NCBI GenBank assembly: GCA_963806225.1
Contig: CAWDXG010000004.1
Location: forward strand, 1,760,001 to 1,824,000
Source of the DNA: an uncultured delta proteobacterium
GTDB taxonomy: Bacteria > Myxococcota_A > Polyangia > Polyangiales > Polyangiaceae
Direction: 5' to 3'
DNA length: 64,000 bases
In this document: piece by piece, positions 10,385 to 20,056 of the stretch
Layout: every line of letters starts with the position of its first letter
How positions within the stretch are numbered: the stretch's first letter is position 1
Position numbers and translations under genes: made by a program
The notes under the pieces: model-generated
What the model was told of the DNA's origin: nothing
Databases searched by the model: none
What the model saw: the letters and a program-made list of their open reading frames with translations, nothing else

Positions 10385-11982
10385 CGACGGCGGCGGCGCG
10401 CCGCCAGCACCACCACGAACCCGAAGACCCACAGTGGCAGCGCCGGGCCACGCGACCCGGTGCGACAGCCACAGCCACCGCTGTCTCCCGAGCTCGCGGC
10501 GTTGCCCGCTGTGCCTGCGGCACCGCCGGTCGTCGCGCCGCCACTGCCGGAGCTCTGTCCGGCTGCGCCGCCCGCGGGATTGCCCCCGGTGCCCGCTCCG
10601 CCGCTGCCGGTCGCGCCGCCGCTGCCGGTCGTTCCGCCCGCACCCCCGGCAGGCGCCGTCGCACCATACTCGAACGCGCCGAGGTCGTAGCCCGCGCCGG
10701 CAGGCCTCGACGCGCCGTTGTAGTCGTGGGTCACGTTCGAGAGCGTCTTGCCCTTGTCGACCGCGGGCGATCCGGCGGTGAGCTCCAGATTCGACGCCGG
10801 CAGATCCCAGACGCCCGAAAACGCCGGACCGCCCGACACGTCGCCCGCACCCTGCCCCGTCGCGCTCGCCCAACCGCTGTGCGAGTACGTCGTGTTGCTC
10901 CAGAGGAAGGGCTTCTGTACGCCCGGCAGGTTCCACAGGTTGTGGTCGAGCGTGACGCCGGTGGTCGAGTTGGCCTGCAGCAGTAGCGCCTGCTGGCCCG
11001 ACTGCCCGGCGAAAATGTTGTTCTCGACCACGGTGTTCTGGTGCGGCCCCGCGTCCCACTTGATGGCAGTCGTCTTGTTGTCGACCACGGTGTTGTTGGC
11101 GATGACCACGTTCTTGAGCGCGCTCTGCCCCGGGAAGCTCCCGTCCCAGAAGCGGATGCCGGACTCGTTGTGGATCACGACGTTGTTGGTGATGGTGATG
11201 TCCGTCAGCACCGGCGCCGTGACGTTCGGGTACGACTCGTCCGCCAACATGATGCCGACGGTGGTCTTCGACGTGCCCGCGCTCATGTAGACCAGGTTCG
11301 AGTCGACGACCGAGTGGCTGATGCTGTCGAGATAGATGTTCACCGACGAGTTGTCGTGCACGACGTTGCGCGAATAGCGGCAGTTCTTCGAGTCCGCGTG
11401 CAGCGTGATGCCCTCGGCGCCGCTGCCGTAGATCTCGTTGTCCTCGATGATGGTGCCGTCGGAGTTCTTGCCCGAGACACTGCCTTCGAGCTTGGAGCCG
11501 GACACGTGGCCGTGGCTCGCGAAGTAGAACGCCACCGAGCCGCCTGTGCCGACCGTGCTGCAGTCGATGACATCGCCACCGTCGGCCTTGTAGAACTCGA
11601 TGCCGGTGTCGCCGTTCTTCACAGTCAGGCCGCGGAAGGTCATGTCCGGCGTCTCGCCCGCCTGCAGCACGAATCCCGACGCGCCCCCGCCGTCGATGAC
11701 GGGGCTTGCGCCCGGAGCGGCGCGGATCACCGTGCGGCCTCCGGCGCCGGCGGGCACGTGCCAGAAGTCCACCGTCTCGTTGTAGGTTCCGTTCTTGATC
11801 CAGACGGTGTCGCCCGTCTTCAGCGCCGCCTTGGCATCGTTGATCGTCTGGAACGGCTTGGCCTGGCTGCCGTCGCCGCCCGAAGCGGCGGCTTGATCCA
11901 CCCACCAGTCCGCGGCCTGCGCGTGCGCACCCATCGACACGACGAACAAAGCCGCCGCTACCCCCGGAAGACGAAGTCCCAT
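10381..11982 (-). CDS. Right-handed beta-helix (pectin lyase-like) surface protein with MYXO-CTERM
   Basis: GDGSQAKPFQTI, GDTVWIKNGTY, Asn-ladder repeats, SPAVDKG..YDLGAFEY, GGCGC + TM + RRRRR. Confidence 0.85.
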   Translation of the reverse strand: MGLRLPGVAAALFVVSMGAHAQAADWWVDQAAASGGDGSQAKPFQTINDAKAALKTGDTVWIKNGTYNETVDFWHVPAGAGGRTVIRAAPGASPVIDGGGASGFVLQAGETPDMTFRGLTVKNGDTGIEFYKADGGDVIDCSTVGTGGSVAFYFASHGHVSGSKLEGSVSGKNSDGTIIEDNEIYGSGAEGITLHADSKNCRYSRNVVHDNSSVNIYLDSISHSVVDSNLVYMSAGTSKTTVGIMLADESYPNVTAPVLTDITITNNVVIHNESGIRFWDGSFPGQSALKNVVIANNTVVDNKTTAIKWDAGPHQNTVVENNIFAGQSGQQALLLQANSTTGVTLDHNLWNLPGVQKPFLWSNTTYSHSGWASATGQGAGDVSGGPAFSGVWDLPASNLELTAGSPAVDKGKTLSNVTHDYNGASRPAGAGYDLGAFEYGATAPAGGAGGTTGSGGATGSGGAGTGGNPAGGAAGQSSGSGGATTGGAAGTAGNAASSGDSGGCGCRTGSRGPALPLWVFGFVVVLAARRRRR

Positions 11983-12072
11983 ACGCGCAGAATACCGTAC
12001 CCGACTCTGCACCGATAGCGTCCGTTCACGACGACGGACGCTCCACGAGATACAGCACGTTCCGGTATGGAT

Positions 12073-12112
12073 ATGAAACGGCGCCCCGCGGCTTGGGTTC
12101 CGCGGGGCGCCG
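12073..12112 (-). terminator. Rho-independent terminator-like hairpin
   Basis: 13-bp stem 12079-12091/12100-12112, 8-nt loop, short T run on minus strand, just after the cytochrome gene. Confidence 0.7.
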
Positions 12113-12157
12113 CCTCGGCTTGTCAGGACCCAGCTCGAAAGAGCTGCTCCGGACGAC

Positions 12158-14830
12158 TCAGTTCGAAACGTTCGTGCCTTCGGTTACGTTGATGACCTCC
12201 ATGTAGAGGTCGGGGTTGTGGACACCCTTGCTGCCGTCGTCCTCCAGCATCATGTAGTTCCAGCAGGCCTTCATCATGTTGCCCGTCTTCGCGTAGACCG
12301 GAGCGTCCGTGGCGTCCTGCACGTTGCCCAGCTGCACGGCGAGCGTGTCGGTGCTGGTCGTACTGCTATCGGACCAGGTCACGGTGATCGCGCTGGTCAG
12401 CTTCAGGGTGAATGCCACCTGACCGTGCACGTCGCTGACCGACACCGCCGTGATGGCGTTGCCACTCGTGTCGAGCACGAGGTTGGAGCTGGACGAGCTC
12501 GAGGACGAGTACAGTCCCGTTGCCGCGTCGTACGCGCGCAGATGCAGTGTGCCCACGCTGTTGAGCTTGGTCACAGCCGCATTGCCCAGGTACGAGGCGA
12601 GGGCGTCGAGATCCTGCGTGACCACGGACTGCAGCGAGCCGCCATCGAAGTTGCCGTGGCAGTTGGTGCAGACGTTCGGGTCGACCTCGAAGGTGTGGTT
12701 CGTGCCGCCGCCCTGGTAGCTGTACTCCTCCGGAGGCGCCGTCAGATCCATGTGACAGGTCACGCAGGTGTCGGCGACGTAGGAGTGGCCTCCGCGCTGG
12801 CCGGGCGTCACGAAGTAGAAGTTCTGCCCCATCAGCGTGTCGGTCTGGGCGGCCACGTGCGGCGCCGAGTAGCCGGTCGGCGGCGCGCTGTCGTTGTGCA
12901 GGCCGTTGCGCGTGTTGTGGCAGGTCATACAGATCGCGCCCATACCCACGCCGTTCGCCTTGAATCCGGCAGGCAACATCGCGGTGTCGCCCTTGATGCG
13001 GACATCGCCGCGACCGGTAAGCTCGTTGCCTTCATGATGTGGGTTGTGGCAGGTAACGCAGGTCTGCGGGTGCACGTTGGCTTCCGTCAGTCCCATCGCG
13101 GTCAGCTCTGCGACCGTGGCGTTGCCGCTAGCACCCTGGATGCGCTTCGTCAGGTCGCCCTGCTTGATCCACTGCAGGAAGCCCTCGGCCGAGTGACAGC
13201 GACCGCAGTGCCCAGCGGTTGCGCCACGCCCCTCGACGGTGGCGTCTTCCAGCGCCAGCGTGTAGTCGGCGTGCTTCGATTCCTTCCACTGGTAGAAGCG
13301 ACCGTGACGAGGCGGCTCGCCGTGGCAGGCGCCGCAGACGCGGGAGTCCAGGCTCACGCGCGAGGCGTGCATGTCGGCCTTTTCGGCCGCGGAGAGCTGC
13401 GAGGTCTTGGCCCCGTGGGCGGCGCTGTCGTTCGGACCATGGCAGTTCTCGCACTGCACGTTGGCCATACGCGCGGTGTTCGGCGCGCTCGAGAACATGT
13501 CCGAATACGCGCTCTCCGAGCCTGGCGGCTTCTGCCAGTTGTCCTGGCTCATCGCCTCGTCCCAGCCGCCGTTGGTCGCGTCCGGGTTGTAGCCAACGCC
13601 GTGACACTGGGCGCAGTTCGTGCTCCAGTGGTTGGCCGGCTCGGTGATGTTGCGCGTGAAGATGATGGCATGACCGCTCGCCCGCCAGTCGGTGAACATG
13701 TCGGGCGCGGTATTGCCGTGGCAGAGAGTGCAGTCGTCCGCTTCCGGCAGCCCGTCGGTGCTGCTCAGCCCGGTAATGGCACCAACCCACTTGCCCGCTT
13801 CGATGATCAGGCTGTCCCCGCTGTTGGACTCGGTGACGGTGTACTTGCCCGTCACGTCGGGCTTCAGGATCGGGAAGCGGCTGGTGGCGTCATCGAACGC
13901 GGCGGTCGAGCCCGACGGCCCGGCCACGCTCCAGCTGTAGCCCGCGCTGCTGTCCTTGGCCTGCAGCAGCACGCCCTGGTCGATCGGCACGTTGCGGATT
14001 CCGGGGCCCTTGTGCGCGCCGAAATCAGCCGTGATCGCGACCGTATCCGTGTACGTGCCGCTGGAAGTCGTCACGGTGAGCTCGAGCTCCGCGGTTTCCG
14101 TGCTCTCCAGCGCGTGGGGATCGATCCCGACCACCATGAAGCGATCGGGCAGTGCAAGCTCCTTGAGCAGCTCCGTCTTGTAGCTGGCCAGGTCGCCCAT
14201 CGTGATGCTCGGCGTGAGCGTGGTGTCGCCCGAGATGGTGACCGGCACGCCGGAGACCTGCGTCCACTTGTAGGTGGTGCCGGTGCTGCCATCGAGCACG
14301 TCTGCTGTCGCGGTAAGCGATAGATTTGCGCCTGGATCGCTCGCTTGATCCTGGCCCGCGTTCACCACGACCGCGGCGGTGGGGTCAAGCGCGACGTCCA
14401 GTGTCTGATCGACACCCGCCGCGACGGTGAGAGCGGCGGTGCCGTCCTCGTAGTTGTCCTTGGTAATCGTCACCGTGTACGCGCCGACGGGCAGCGTCGC
14501 ATTGAATGCGCCGTTCGCGTCGGTCGTCAGGTCCGCCACTGCTTGTGGCGAGAACGAGACTGTGGCGCCCGCGATTCCGGCTTTGGTCGCGCTGCTCGTG
14601 ACATTGCCGCTAACCGCCGCCTCGCTGACGCCGGCTTCACCTGCGGGACCTGCCTGGCCCGGCGGCCCTGCTTCGCCTGCGGGACCTGCTGCGCCGGGGT
14701 CGCCGGACTGCCCCTGCGCTCCTTGCGGTCCGGTAGCGCCATCCTTGCCGCTGCATCCCGCGAGGACGAGTGCAAGCGCAGCCATTGCGGCCGCACCTCT
14801 GACGATCGCTGTCAATTTCCTCGTTGCCAT
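12158..14830 (-). CDS. Nonaheme c-type cytochrome lipoprotein with collagen-like and Ig/PKD-like domains
   Basis: LAGC lipobox, 13 G-X-Y triplets, beta-sandwich-like domains, 9 CxxCH, C-terminal DGSKGVHNP. Confidence 0.88.
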   Translation of the reverse strand: MATRKLTAIVRGAAAMAALALVLAGCSGKDGATGPQGAQGQSGDPGAAGPAGEAGPPGQAGPAGEAGVSEAAVSGNVTSSATKAGIAGATVSFSPQAVADLTTDANGAFNATLPVGAYTVTITKDNYEDGTAALTVAAGVDQTLDVALDPTAAVVVNAGQDQASDPGANLSLTATADVLDGSTGTTYKWTQVSGVPVTISGDTTLTPSITMGDLASYKTELLKELALPDRFMVVGIDPHALESTETAELELTVTTSSGTYTDTVAITADFGAHKGPGIRNVPIDQGVLLQAKDSSAGYSWSVAGPSGSTAAFDDATSRFPILKPDVTGKYTVTESNSGDSLIIEAGKWVGAITGLSSTDGLPEADDCTLCHGNTAPDMFTDWRASGHAIIFTRNITEPANHWSTNCAQCHGVGYNPDATNGGWDEAMSQDNWQKPPGSESAYSDMFSSAPNTARMANVQCENCHGPNDSAAHGAKTSQLSAAEKADMHASRVSLDSRVCGACHGEPPRHGRFYQWKESKHADYTLALEDATVEGRGATAGHCGRCHSAEGFLQWIKQGDLTKRIQGASGNATVAELTAMGLTEANVHPQTCVTCHNPHHEGNELTGRGDVRIKGDTAMLPAGFKANGVGMGAICMTCHNTRNGLHNDSAPPTGYSAPHVAAQTDTLMGQNFYFVTPGQRGGHSYVADTCVTCHMDLTAPPEEYSYQGGGTNHTFEVDPNVCTNCHGNFDGGSLQSVVTQDLDALASYLGNAAVTKLNSVGTLHLRAYDAATGLYSSSSSSSSNLVLDTSGNAITAVSVSDVHGQVAFTLKLTSAITVTWSDSSTTSTDTLAVQLGNVQDATDAPVYAKTGNMMKACWNYMMLEDDGSKGVHNPDLYMEVINVTEGTNVSN

Positions 14831-14875
14831 CCCTAATCTAGACCTTCCTGGGTCGTTCACCCGGCATGCGCGGCG

Positions 14876-14891
14876 AGCAACTTCCGTACCG
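14876..14891 (-). promoter_or_regulatory. sigma54 -24/-12 motif
   Basis: Minus strand CGGTACGGAAGTTGCT, ~45 bp upstream of ATG 14830. Confidence 0.65.
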
Positions 14892-15233
14892 GATGCGGGT
14901 AGAGTTCCCCACGGCAACTTCGAACGCGGATTTCTTGCAGCGGTCGCAAACTGCGAACGCGAACCGCGACAGCTCGCGACTCGCAACGCTTGCAGCACCT
15001 GTCCAAGCTCAAGCAAGAACTTCTGGATCCCAGGGACGCTTCGCATCGCACGCGGCATGGTTCTCCAAGGTTCGCGCGCGCATTCCACAACGTCTGCATG
15101 CGTGCGCGGCGTTCTTCTCGCTTGATGCGGGGCACGAGAGCGTTGCGCGAAATCCCCCGGGATTGACCTGCCGCAACGGCGCTGTTGATCCACCGACTAT
15201 GCGATGGGATGCTCCGCCGCGGAGGTAGACAGG

Positions 15234-16994
15234 ATGCACGCTTCAAACTTTGCCTTGATCTCGGTGGTCGTCGGTTCCGCGCTCGCTCTCGGCGGCTGCG
15301 GCAGCAACGACGCCAACCTGGGCGGCAGCGCGGGCTACGGCGGCTACGGCGCGAGCGCAGGCACCGACGGCGGCGCGGGAACAGGCGGCATCGCCGGCAG
15401 CGCGGGCACGGGCGGCAACGCAGGCACGGGCGGCAACGCAGGCAAGGGCGGCAACGCAGGAACTGCAGGAGCAGGCGGAACGGCTGGCAGTGCAGGAACT
15501 GCAGGAGCGGGCGGAAGCGCGGGAACAGGCGGCGCGGCCGGCGCCGGCGGAACGGCTGGCAGCGGCGGCGCGGGGGGCACCGCTGGAACGGGCGGCAGCG
15601 GCGGCGCGGGCGGAAGCGCAGGAAGCGCGGGCTCGGGCGGCGCGGCCGGCGCTGGGGGTTCGGGCGGCACGACTTGCGCGACGGCGAACTGTGATCCGGT
15701 GGCGAGCTGCGACGACTCGAGCGGCACGGCGATCTGCACCTGCCCCAGCGGCTACAACGACCTCAATAGCGATGGTTCGTCCTGCGTCGACATCAACGAG
15801 TGCAGCACCGGGGCGAACAACTGCGACGCGAACGCCACGTGCGCCAACACCACCGGCAGCTTCACGTGCACGTGCAATTGGCCGTACTACGGCGACGGCA
15901 CCGCCTGCACCGCACCCAGCGATCTGAACTGGGACTTCGAAGACTGGACGGATAGCGATCCGCCGAGGGATTTCGAGAAGACGCCGACGACCTCGTTCAC
16001 GTTGACGGACGAGATCGCGAACGTGAACGACGGTTCTCACGCCTGCAAGGCCACCTGGACCATCAAGTCGAACCGCGACTTGATCGACGCAATGTACGGG
16101 ACGGCGAAATCGGGAACGGAGTACACCGCGCACATCTGGATGCTCGACAACGACCCCGCCGGACACGCGCGGCCGTTCTTGACGTTCTACGACGGCTCGA
16201 AGGGGTCCGCGTCGAACGTCTTCCCGAGCAGCGGCGGCTACTCGGCTGACGATCCGGCCTGGCACGAGTACACCCAGGCCGGCACGGCACCGGCGGACGG
16301 CTACGTTCGCGGCGCCGTGCGCTTCTACGACGTTGGCGCGGGCTTCACCTCGGCGACGCTCTACGTCGACGACTTCGACCTGACCCAGCACGTCACCTTC
16401 GACAGCACCGACTCGACGCTCGACACGCTGGCAGGCAAGCCGTCCGCTCCGCCCCAGCTCGCGTCCACGCCACTGGACGTCCACGCGGCCGTGAGCGACC
16501 AGGGCATGCTGTACGCGGCCATGCCGCCCGCGTCCGCCGCGTCCGGCGATCATATGCTGTTCGTGTGGGTCGGCGGCGTCGACCCCTCCGGTACGGTCGC
16601 CATGCCGTGGTCTAAGAGCGGCACCGTCGCGGCGCCCGCTCCCGGCGGCTCGGTCTTCGTGCTGGTGCAGGAGCAGTCAACCGGCTACTGCGAGTGGCGC
16701 GTGTGGGACGCGACGGGGAGCGCCTGGAACAAGGTTTCGCAAGACTGCTCGGGCGCCAGCAGCGGCGTGCTCGAAGGCACGCTCGACCTCGTCGCGAACA
16801 CGAGCGCCACCGCAGCCAACGAGGTCGCGGGCCGGTTCGCCTTCTCCGCGGTGGCGGTCGGAACCAACGACGGCGACTCCATCGACTCGAGCAAGCAGAC
16901 GCCGGCCTGCTCGTCGTCCTGCGACGCCAACATCGACGCCTCCGAGGCGCTCGCGATGCACCGGGCCCGCCTGCTCGTCGGGCGCGTCCAGTAG
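15234..16994 (+). CDS. Lipoprotein with Gly-rich linker, two EGF-like domains and CBM-like region
   Basis: GGAGG RBS, LGGC lipobox, CVDINEC..NCDANATCANTTGSFTCTC..YGDGTAC. Confidence 0.85.
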   Translation: MHASNFALISVVVGSALALGGCGSNDANLGGSAGYGGYGASAGTDGGAGTGGIAGSAGTGGNAGTGGNAGKGGNAGTAGAGGTAGSAGTAGAGGSAGTGGAAGAGGTAGSGGAGGTAGTGGSGGAGGSAGSAGSGGAAGAGGSGGTTCATANCDPVASCDDSSGTAICTCPSGYNDLNSDGSSCVDINECSTGANNCDANATCANTTGSFTCTCNWPYYGDGTACTAPSDLNWDFEDWTDSDPPRDFEKTPTTSFTLTDEIANVNDGSHACKATWTIKSNRDLIDAMYGTAKSGTEYTAHIWMLDNDPAGHARPFLTFYDGSKGSASNVFPSSGGYSADDPAWHEYTQAGTAPADGYVRGAVRFYDVGAGFTSATLYVDDFDLTQHVTFDSTDSTLDTLAGKPSAPPQLASTPLDVHAAVSDQGMLYAAMPPASAASGDHMLFVWVGGVDPSGTVAMPWSKSGTVAAPAPGGSVFVLVQEQSTGYCEWRVWDATGSAWNKVSQDCSGASSGVLEGTLDLVANTSATAANEVAGRFAFSAVAVGTNDGDSIDSSKQTPACSSSCDANIDASEALAMHRARLLVGRVQ

Positions 16995-17007
16995 AGCCCG
17001 GAGGGAT

Positions 17008-17745
17008 GTGAGCCGGCGCGTCCGCGAATTCTTCGCGCGCCTCGACGCGCCGGCAGGCGTCGTGGATACGCGCCGGCTGCAGCGCCCCCTGTACCGGCTG
17101 GAAGGTCTTGCCGCGCACCCCTGGCATTCGCCGCAGCGCTACGCCTGGACGCGCTCGCTCGAAAACCATGCAGACGCGATCCGCGCGGAGCTCTCGGCCA
17201 TCCGCCCGGCGCCGCACCCGGAAGCGCGGAGCCTCGCAGCCAGTGGCTCCTGGCACCAGTACCTGTTCTATCGCTACGGCGAACGCATGGACGAGCATTG
17301 CGCGCGCTGCCCGCGCACCGCGGCGCTGGTCGACGCGATCCCCGGCGCCGACAGCGCCGCCCTCGTCTACTTCTCGGTGCTCGGCCCGCACACCCACGTC
17401 AACGCCCACGCCGGCCCGACCAACCTGCGCATCCGCTGCCACCTGCCGCTCGTGGTTCCGGAAGGCTGTACGCTCCGCGTCGGCTCGACCACACGCCGCT
17501 GGCGCCAGGGAAAGTGCCTGGTCTTCGACGACTCGTTCGTGCACGAAGCCGACAACCCATCGGACAGCGATCGCATCGTGCTGCTGGTGGATGTGTGGCA
17601 TCCCGATCTCACCGCAGCCGAGCGCAGCGAGCTCTCCCGCGGGCTCCGCGCGCGGCTCGAGCGCGACGCGCCGCGCCCTCGCGCGGCGGAGGCCACGATG
17701 GTCGGCGCCGCGGCGGCGTTCGCAGGCGTGAAGAACAAGCCGTAG
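17008..17745 (+). CDS. Aspartyl/asparaginyl beta-hydroxylase family Fe(II)/2OG dioxygenase
   Basis: AHAGPTN, RIRCHLPL, FDDSFVHEADN, RIVLLVDVWHPDL. Confidence 0.9.
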   Translation: MSRRVREFFARLDAPAGVVDTRRLQRPLYRLEGLAAHPWHSPQRYAWTRSLENHADAIRAELSAIRPAPHPEARSLAASGSWHQYLFYRYGERMDEHCARCPRTAALVDAIPGADSAALVYFSVLGPHTHVNAHAGPTNLRIRCHLPLVVPEGCTLRVGSTTRRWRQGKCLVFDDSFVHEADNPSDSDRIVLLVDVWHPDLTAAERSELSRGLRARLERDAPRPRAAEATMVGAAAAFAGVKNKP

Positions 17746-17796
17746 GGCCGCGGCCGTAGCCACGGCGGGGGCGCGCCGTTCCCTCCCGCAGCCCCC

Positions 17797-19200
17797 CTAC
17801 CCCGCGAGCGCAAGCAGCGCGTGCCCCGTCACGTCCGCACGCAGCACGTCGAGAATCGGCGAGAGCGGGAACGCGCCGTCGGCGAGCGCGGGGTCGAGCG
17901 GAGCGGGGATGCGGTCGCCGAGCAGCTGCGCGCGGAGGAGAAATGACTGGGCGCGCTTGCGGGCGGCAATCGCCAGGCGGGAGCTCGAGCCGGCAAGAGC
18001 TTCGGCGACCGCAGCGGTGAGCGCGACTTCCGGCACGGGGGTCACGTCGGCGGCGCCCCTGTACGGCGCGCGCGTGCGGATCGAATCGACGAGGCTCTGC
18101 TCGGCGCGCTCGAGCGCTTCGGCGTCGCCGCGCGTCCGGGCGGCGAGGGCCGTCCAGGGCGCCCAGGGACGCGGCTCGAGATCGCGCAGGCAGGCCTGCC
18201 ACAGCGCAGCTGGCGCGCGCTGCCCCAGCGCCGCCACGACCTGCGCGGCATGCCAGGCGTGCGCGCGGAGCTCGCGCCGATTCGCCAGCTCGACAAGCTC
18301 GCGGTCGAGATCAAGGCCGGCCAGCACCGCGAGCGCCACGCTGCCGGCCGCCTGCGCGGGATCGTCGGGCCAGTCAGGTACCGGGCGACCGGACAGAGCG
18401 TCGCGGATCTGTTCCGTGAGCCAGGCAGAAGCGCGCGCCACGACGCCGGGGTGTCCGCCGTGTGCTGCCAGTGCGTGGACTACGACCGCGGCTCGACCGT
18501 GCGAGAACACACCGTGTGGAAACGTCGTCTGCGAGCGCGCGTCGACCGCGAACGGGACCGCGCCGTCCGGCGCCACGCGCCTGGCGAGCCAGCGCGCTGC
18601 GGCGTCGATCGGATCGAGCGGGCGGGCGCGCGCGACGACCCCGGAACGGACACGAACGCTCTCGGCCGTGAAAAGGAACAGCTGCGTCGACTCGACGCTC
18701 TCGAGCCCTGCCTTGGCCGCCAGCGCGCGGAGCAGGCCGTCCAGATCCGCACGTTCGTCGCGCGCCACCGACGGCAAGAGCAGCACCGGGCCGCGACCGG
18801 GCGGCGCCGCCGCGATGCCGTGCACGCCTAGCTCGAAGCGGCGCCCGAGCTCCGCGTGGCTCACCCGGCGCGGCCCCACCAGGTACGACACCTCCGCGAC
18901 CAGGCCATCGCGCTCGGAGGGCTGGATGCCGCCGAAGCGCGGATCGGACAGCGCGCTCAGAAACGCGCGCTGGAGCTGCTCGGCCGCGTCGCCTTCGGTG
19001 GATCCAAAGCAGCCGCGGAGCCTGCCCTCCGCGTAGAGGCTGACGAACGGCGTGGCTTCGGGCACGCCGGGCGCGCGCGGCCAACGCCCGAGCGTGCGCT
19101 GCCAGCCGAGTAGCTTGGCGACGGACGCCGCCACCGCCGCCCGCTCGCGGTCGTCGAGCGGACGGGAAAGAGCGCGCCAGGGCAGCCCGCCGCTACGCAC
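17797..19200 (-). CDS. AMMECR1-domain protein fused to a helical C-terminal domain
   Basis: FVSLY..LRGCFG, DPRF, EVSYL, GVHGI, LLLPSVA; GTG start overlaps the upstream stop. Confidence 0.75.
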   Translation of the reverse strand: MRSGGLPWRALSRPLDDRERAAVAASVAKLLGWQRTLGRWPRAPGVPEATPFVSLYAEGRLRGCFGSTEGDAAEQLQRAFLSALSDPRFGGIQPSERDGLVAEVSYLVGPRRVSHAELGRRFELGVHGIAAAPPGRGPVLLLPSVARDERADLDGLLRALAAKAGLESVESTQLFLFTAESVRVRSGVVARARPLDPIDAAARWLARRVAPDGAVPFAVDARSQTTFPHGVFSHGRAAVVVHALAAHGGHPGVVARASAWLTEQIRDALSGRPVPDWPDDPAQAAGSVALAVLAGLDLDRELVELANRRELRAHAWHAAQVVAALGQRAPAALWQACLRDLEPRPWAPWTALAARTRGDAEALERAEQSLVDSIRTRAPYRGAADVTPVPEVALTAAVAEALAGSSSRLAIAARKRAQSFLLRAQLLGDRIPAPLDPALADGAFPLSPILDVLRADVTGHALLALAG

Positions 19201-20044
19201 CGCCGCGGGCCCTGAGGCGCCATGCGTGCGACGCACCGAGCCCCAGCGCGTCCAGACCCGGCACGAGCTCCTGCTCCATCACCCGGCGGATAGTCGCGCG
19301 CTGCCCCACCGAGTCGAGCACTCCAAGTGCCTTGGCCGCCTTCTTGCTGCCGCGCGGTGCGTCGCGTCCGTTCCAGAACTGCCGCTCGATGCCCGCCACC
19401 GTGAGGCCCGCCGCGTCCGCGACGCGCTGGCGCTCGGCCTGCGTCCACTGCGGCTCGCGCCACGCGAAGTAGTACCAGCCCAGCCTGAGATGGTGCACCT
19501 CGTCGCGGGTGATCGCGCCGTACATCGCACGCGCCACCGGATCCGTGGCGCGCTCGCGGCAGGCGTCGATCAGCGCGGCGGCTAGCGTCTCGCTGATGGT
19601 CGACAGCTGCAGCATCATCAGGTCGAGCTCCTCCATGCCCACAGCTCCGCCCCAGGGCATGTCGAACGCGCTCTGCTGCATCTCGATCGACACGTCCTGC
19701 CCCGCGCACAGCGACGCCAACCTGAGCGCGTACTCCGTGTGACGGAGCTCGTCGGACGGGATGCGCGTGGCCGCGCTGACGAGGTCGAACGGCGCGCCGT
19801 TCCGCGCCAGCGTCGACGCCACCCGCGCGAAGGCGTCCACCGCGCCGTATTCGCCCGTCGCCAGCGCTCTACCGGCGTCCACGGCGAGCGCCAGCGCGGG
19901 CGCGGGATAAGCGGTCGGGTCGAACCTGTCCCAGGGGATGACCGGGGCGCGCCGGCGCAGGAAGCGCTCGCGCTGGTACTGACGCGACAGAGGAGTGCCG
20001 GTCAGGGTTCGGCGGATCTCGACCTTCGCGGACTTGGCCGGCAT
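19193..20044 (-). CDS. Ferritin-like diiron-carboxylate protein
   Basis: GEY..DELRH..SET..DEVHH: two E + ExxH sets. Confidence 0.8.
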   Translation of the reverse strand: MPAKSAKVEIRRTLTGTPLSRQYQRERFLRRRAPVIPWDRFDPTAYPAPALALAVDAGRALATGEYGAVDAFARVASTLARNGAPFDLVSAATRIPSDELRHTEYALRLASLCAGQDVSIEMQQSAFDMPWGGAVGMEELDLMMLQLSTISETLAAALIDACRERATDPVARAMYGAITRDEVHHLRLGWYYFAWREPQWTQAERQRVADAAGLTVAGIERQFWNGRDAPRGSKKAAKALGVLDSVGQRATIRRVMEQELVPGLDALGLGASHAWRLRARGGA

Positions 20045-20056
20045 CGCGAGTCGAGA

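Noticed and set aside
12158..14830. NrfA nitrite reductase call
   Set aside because: Tail resembles the family, but there is no CxxCK and the heme number and domains differ
14944..14998. TCGCA-N3-TGCGA and nearby imperfect repeats as an enhancer
   Set aside because: Position is plausible, but the match is too short to separate from chance
15300..15670. Gly/Thr/Ala repeats as RiPP cores (also ~52770-52990 and ~59390-59690)
   Set aside because: Ordinary low-complexity linkers after lipoboxes, with no conserved core motif
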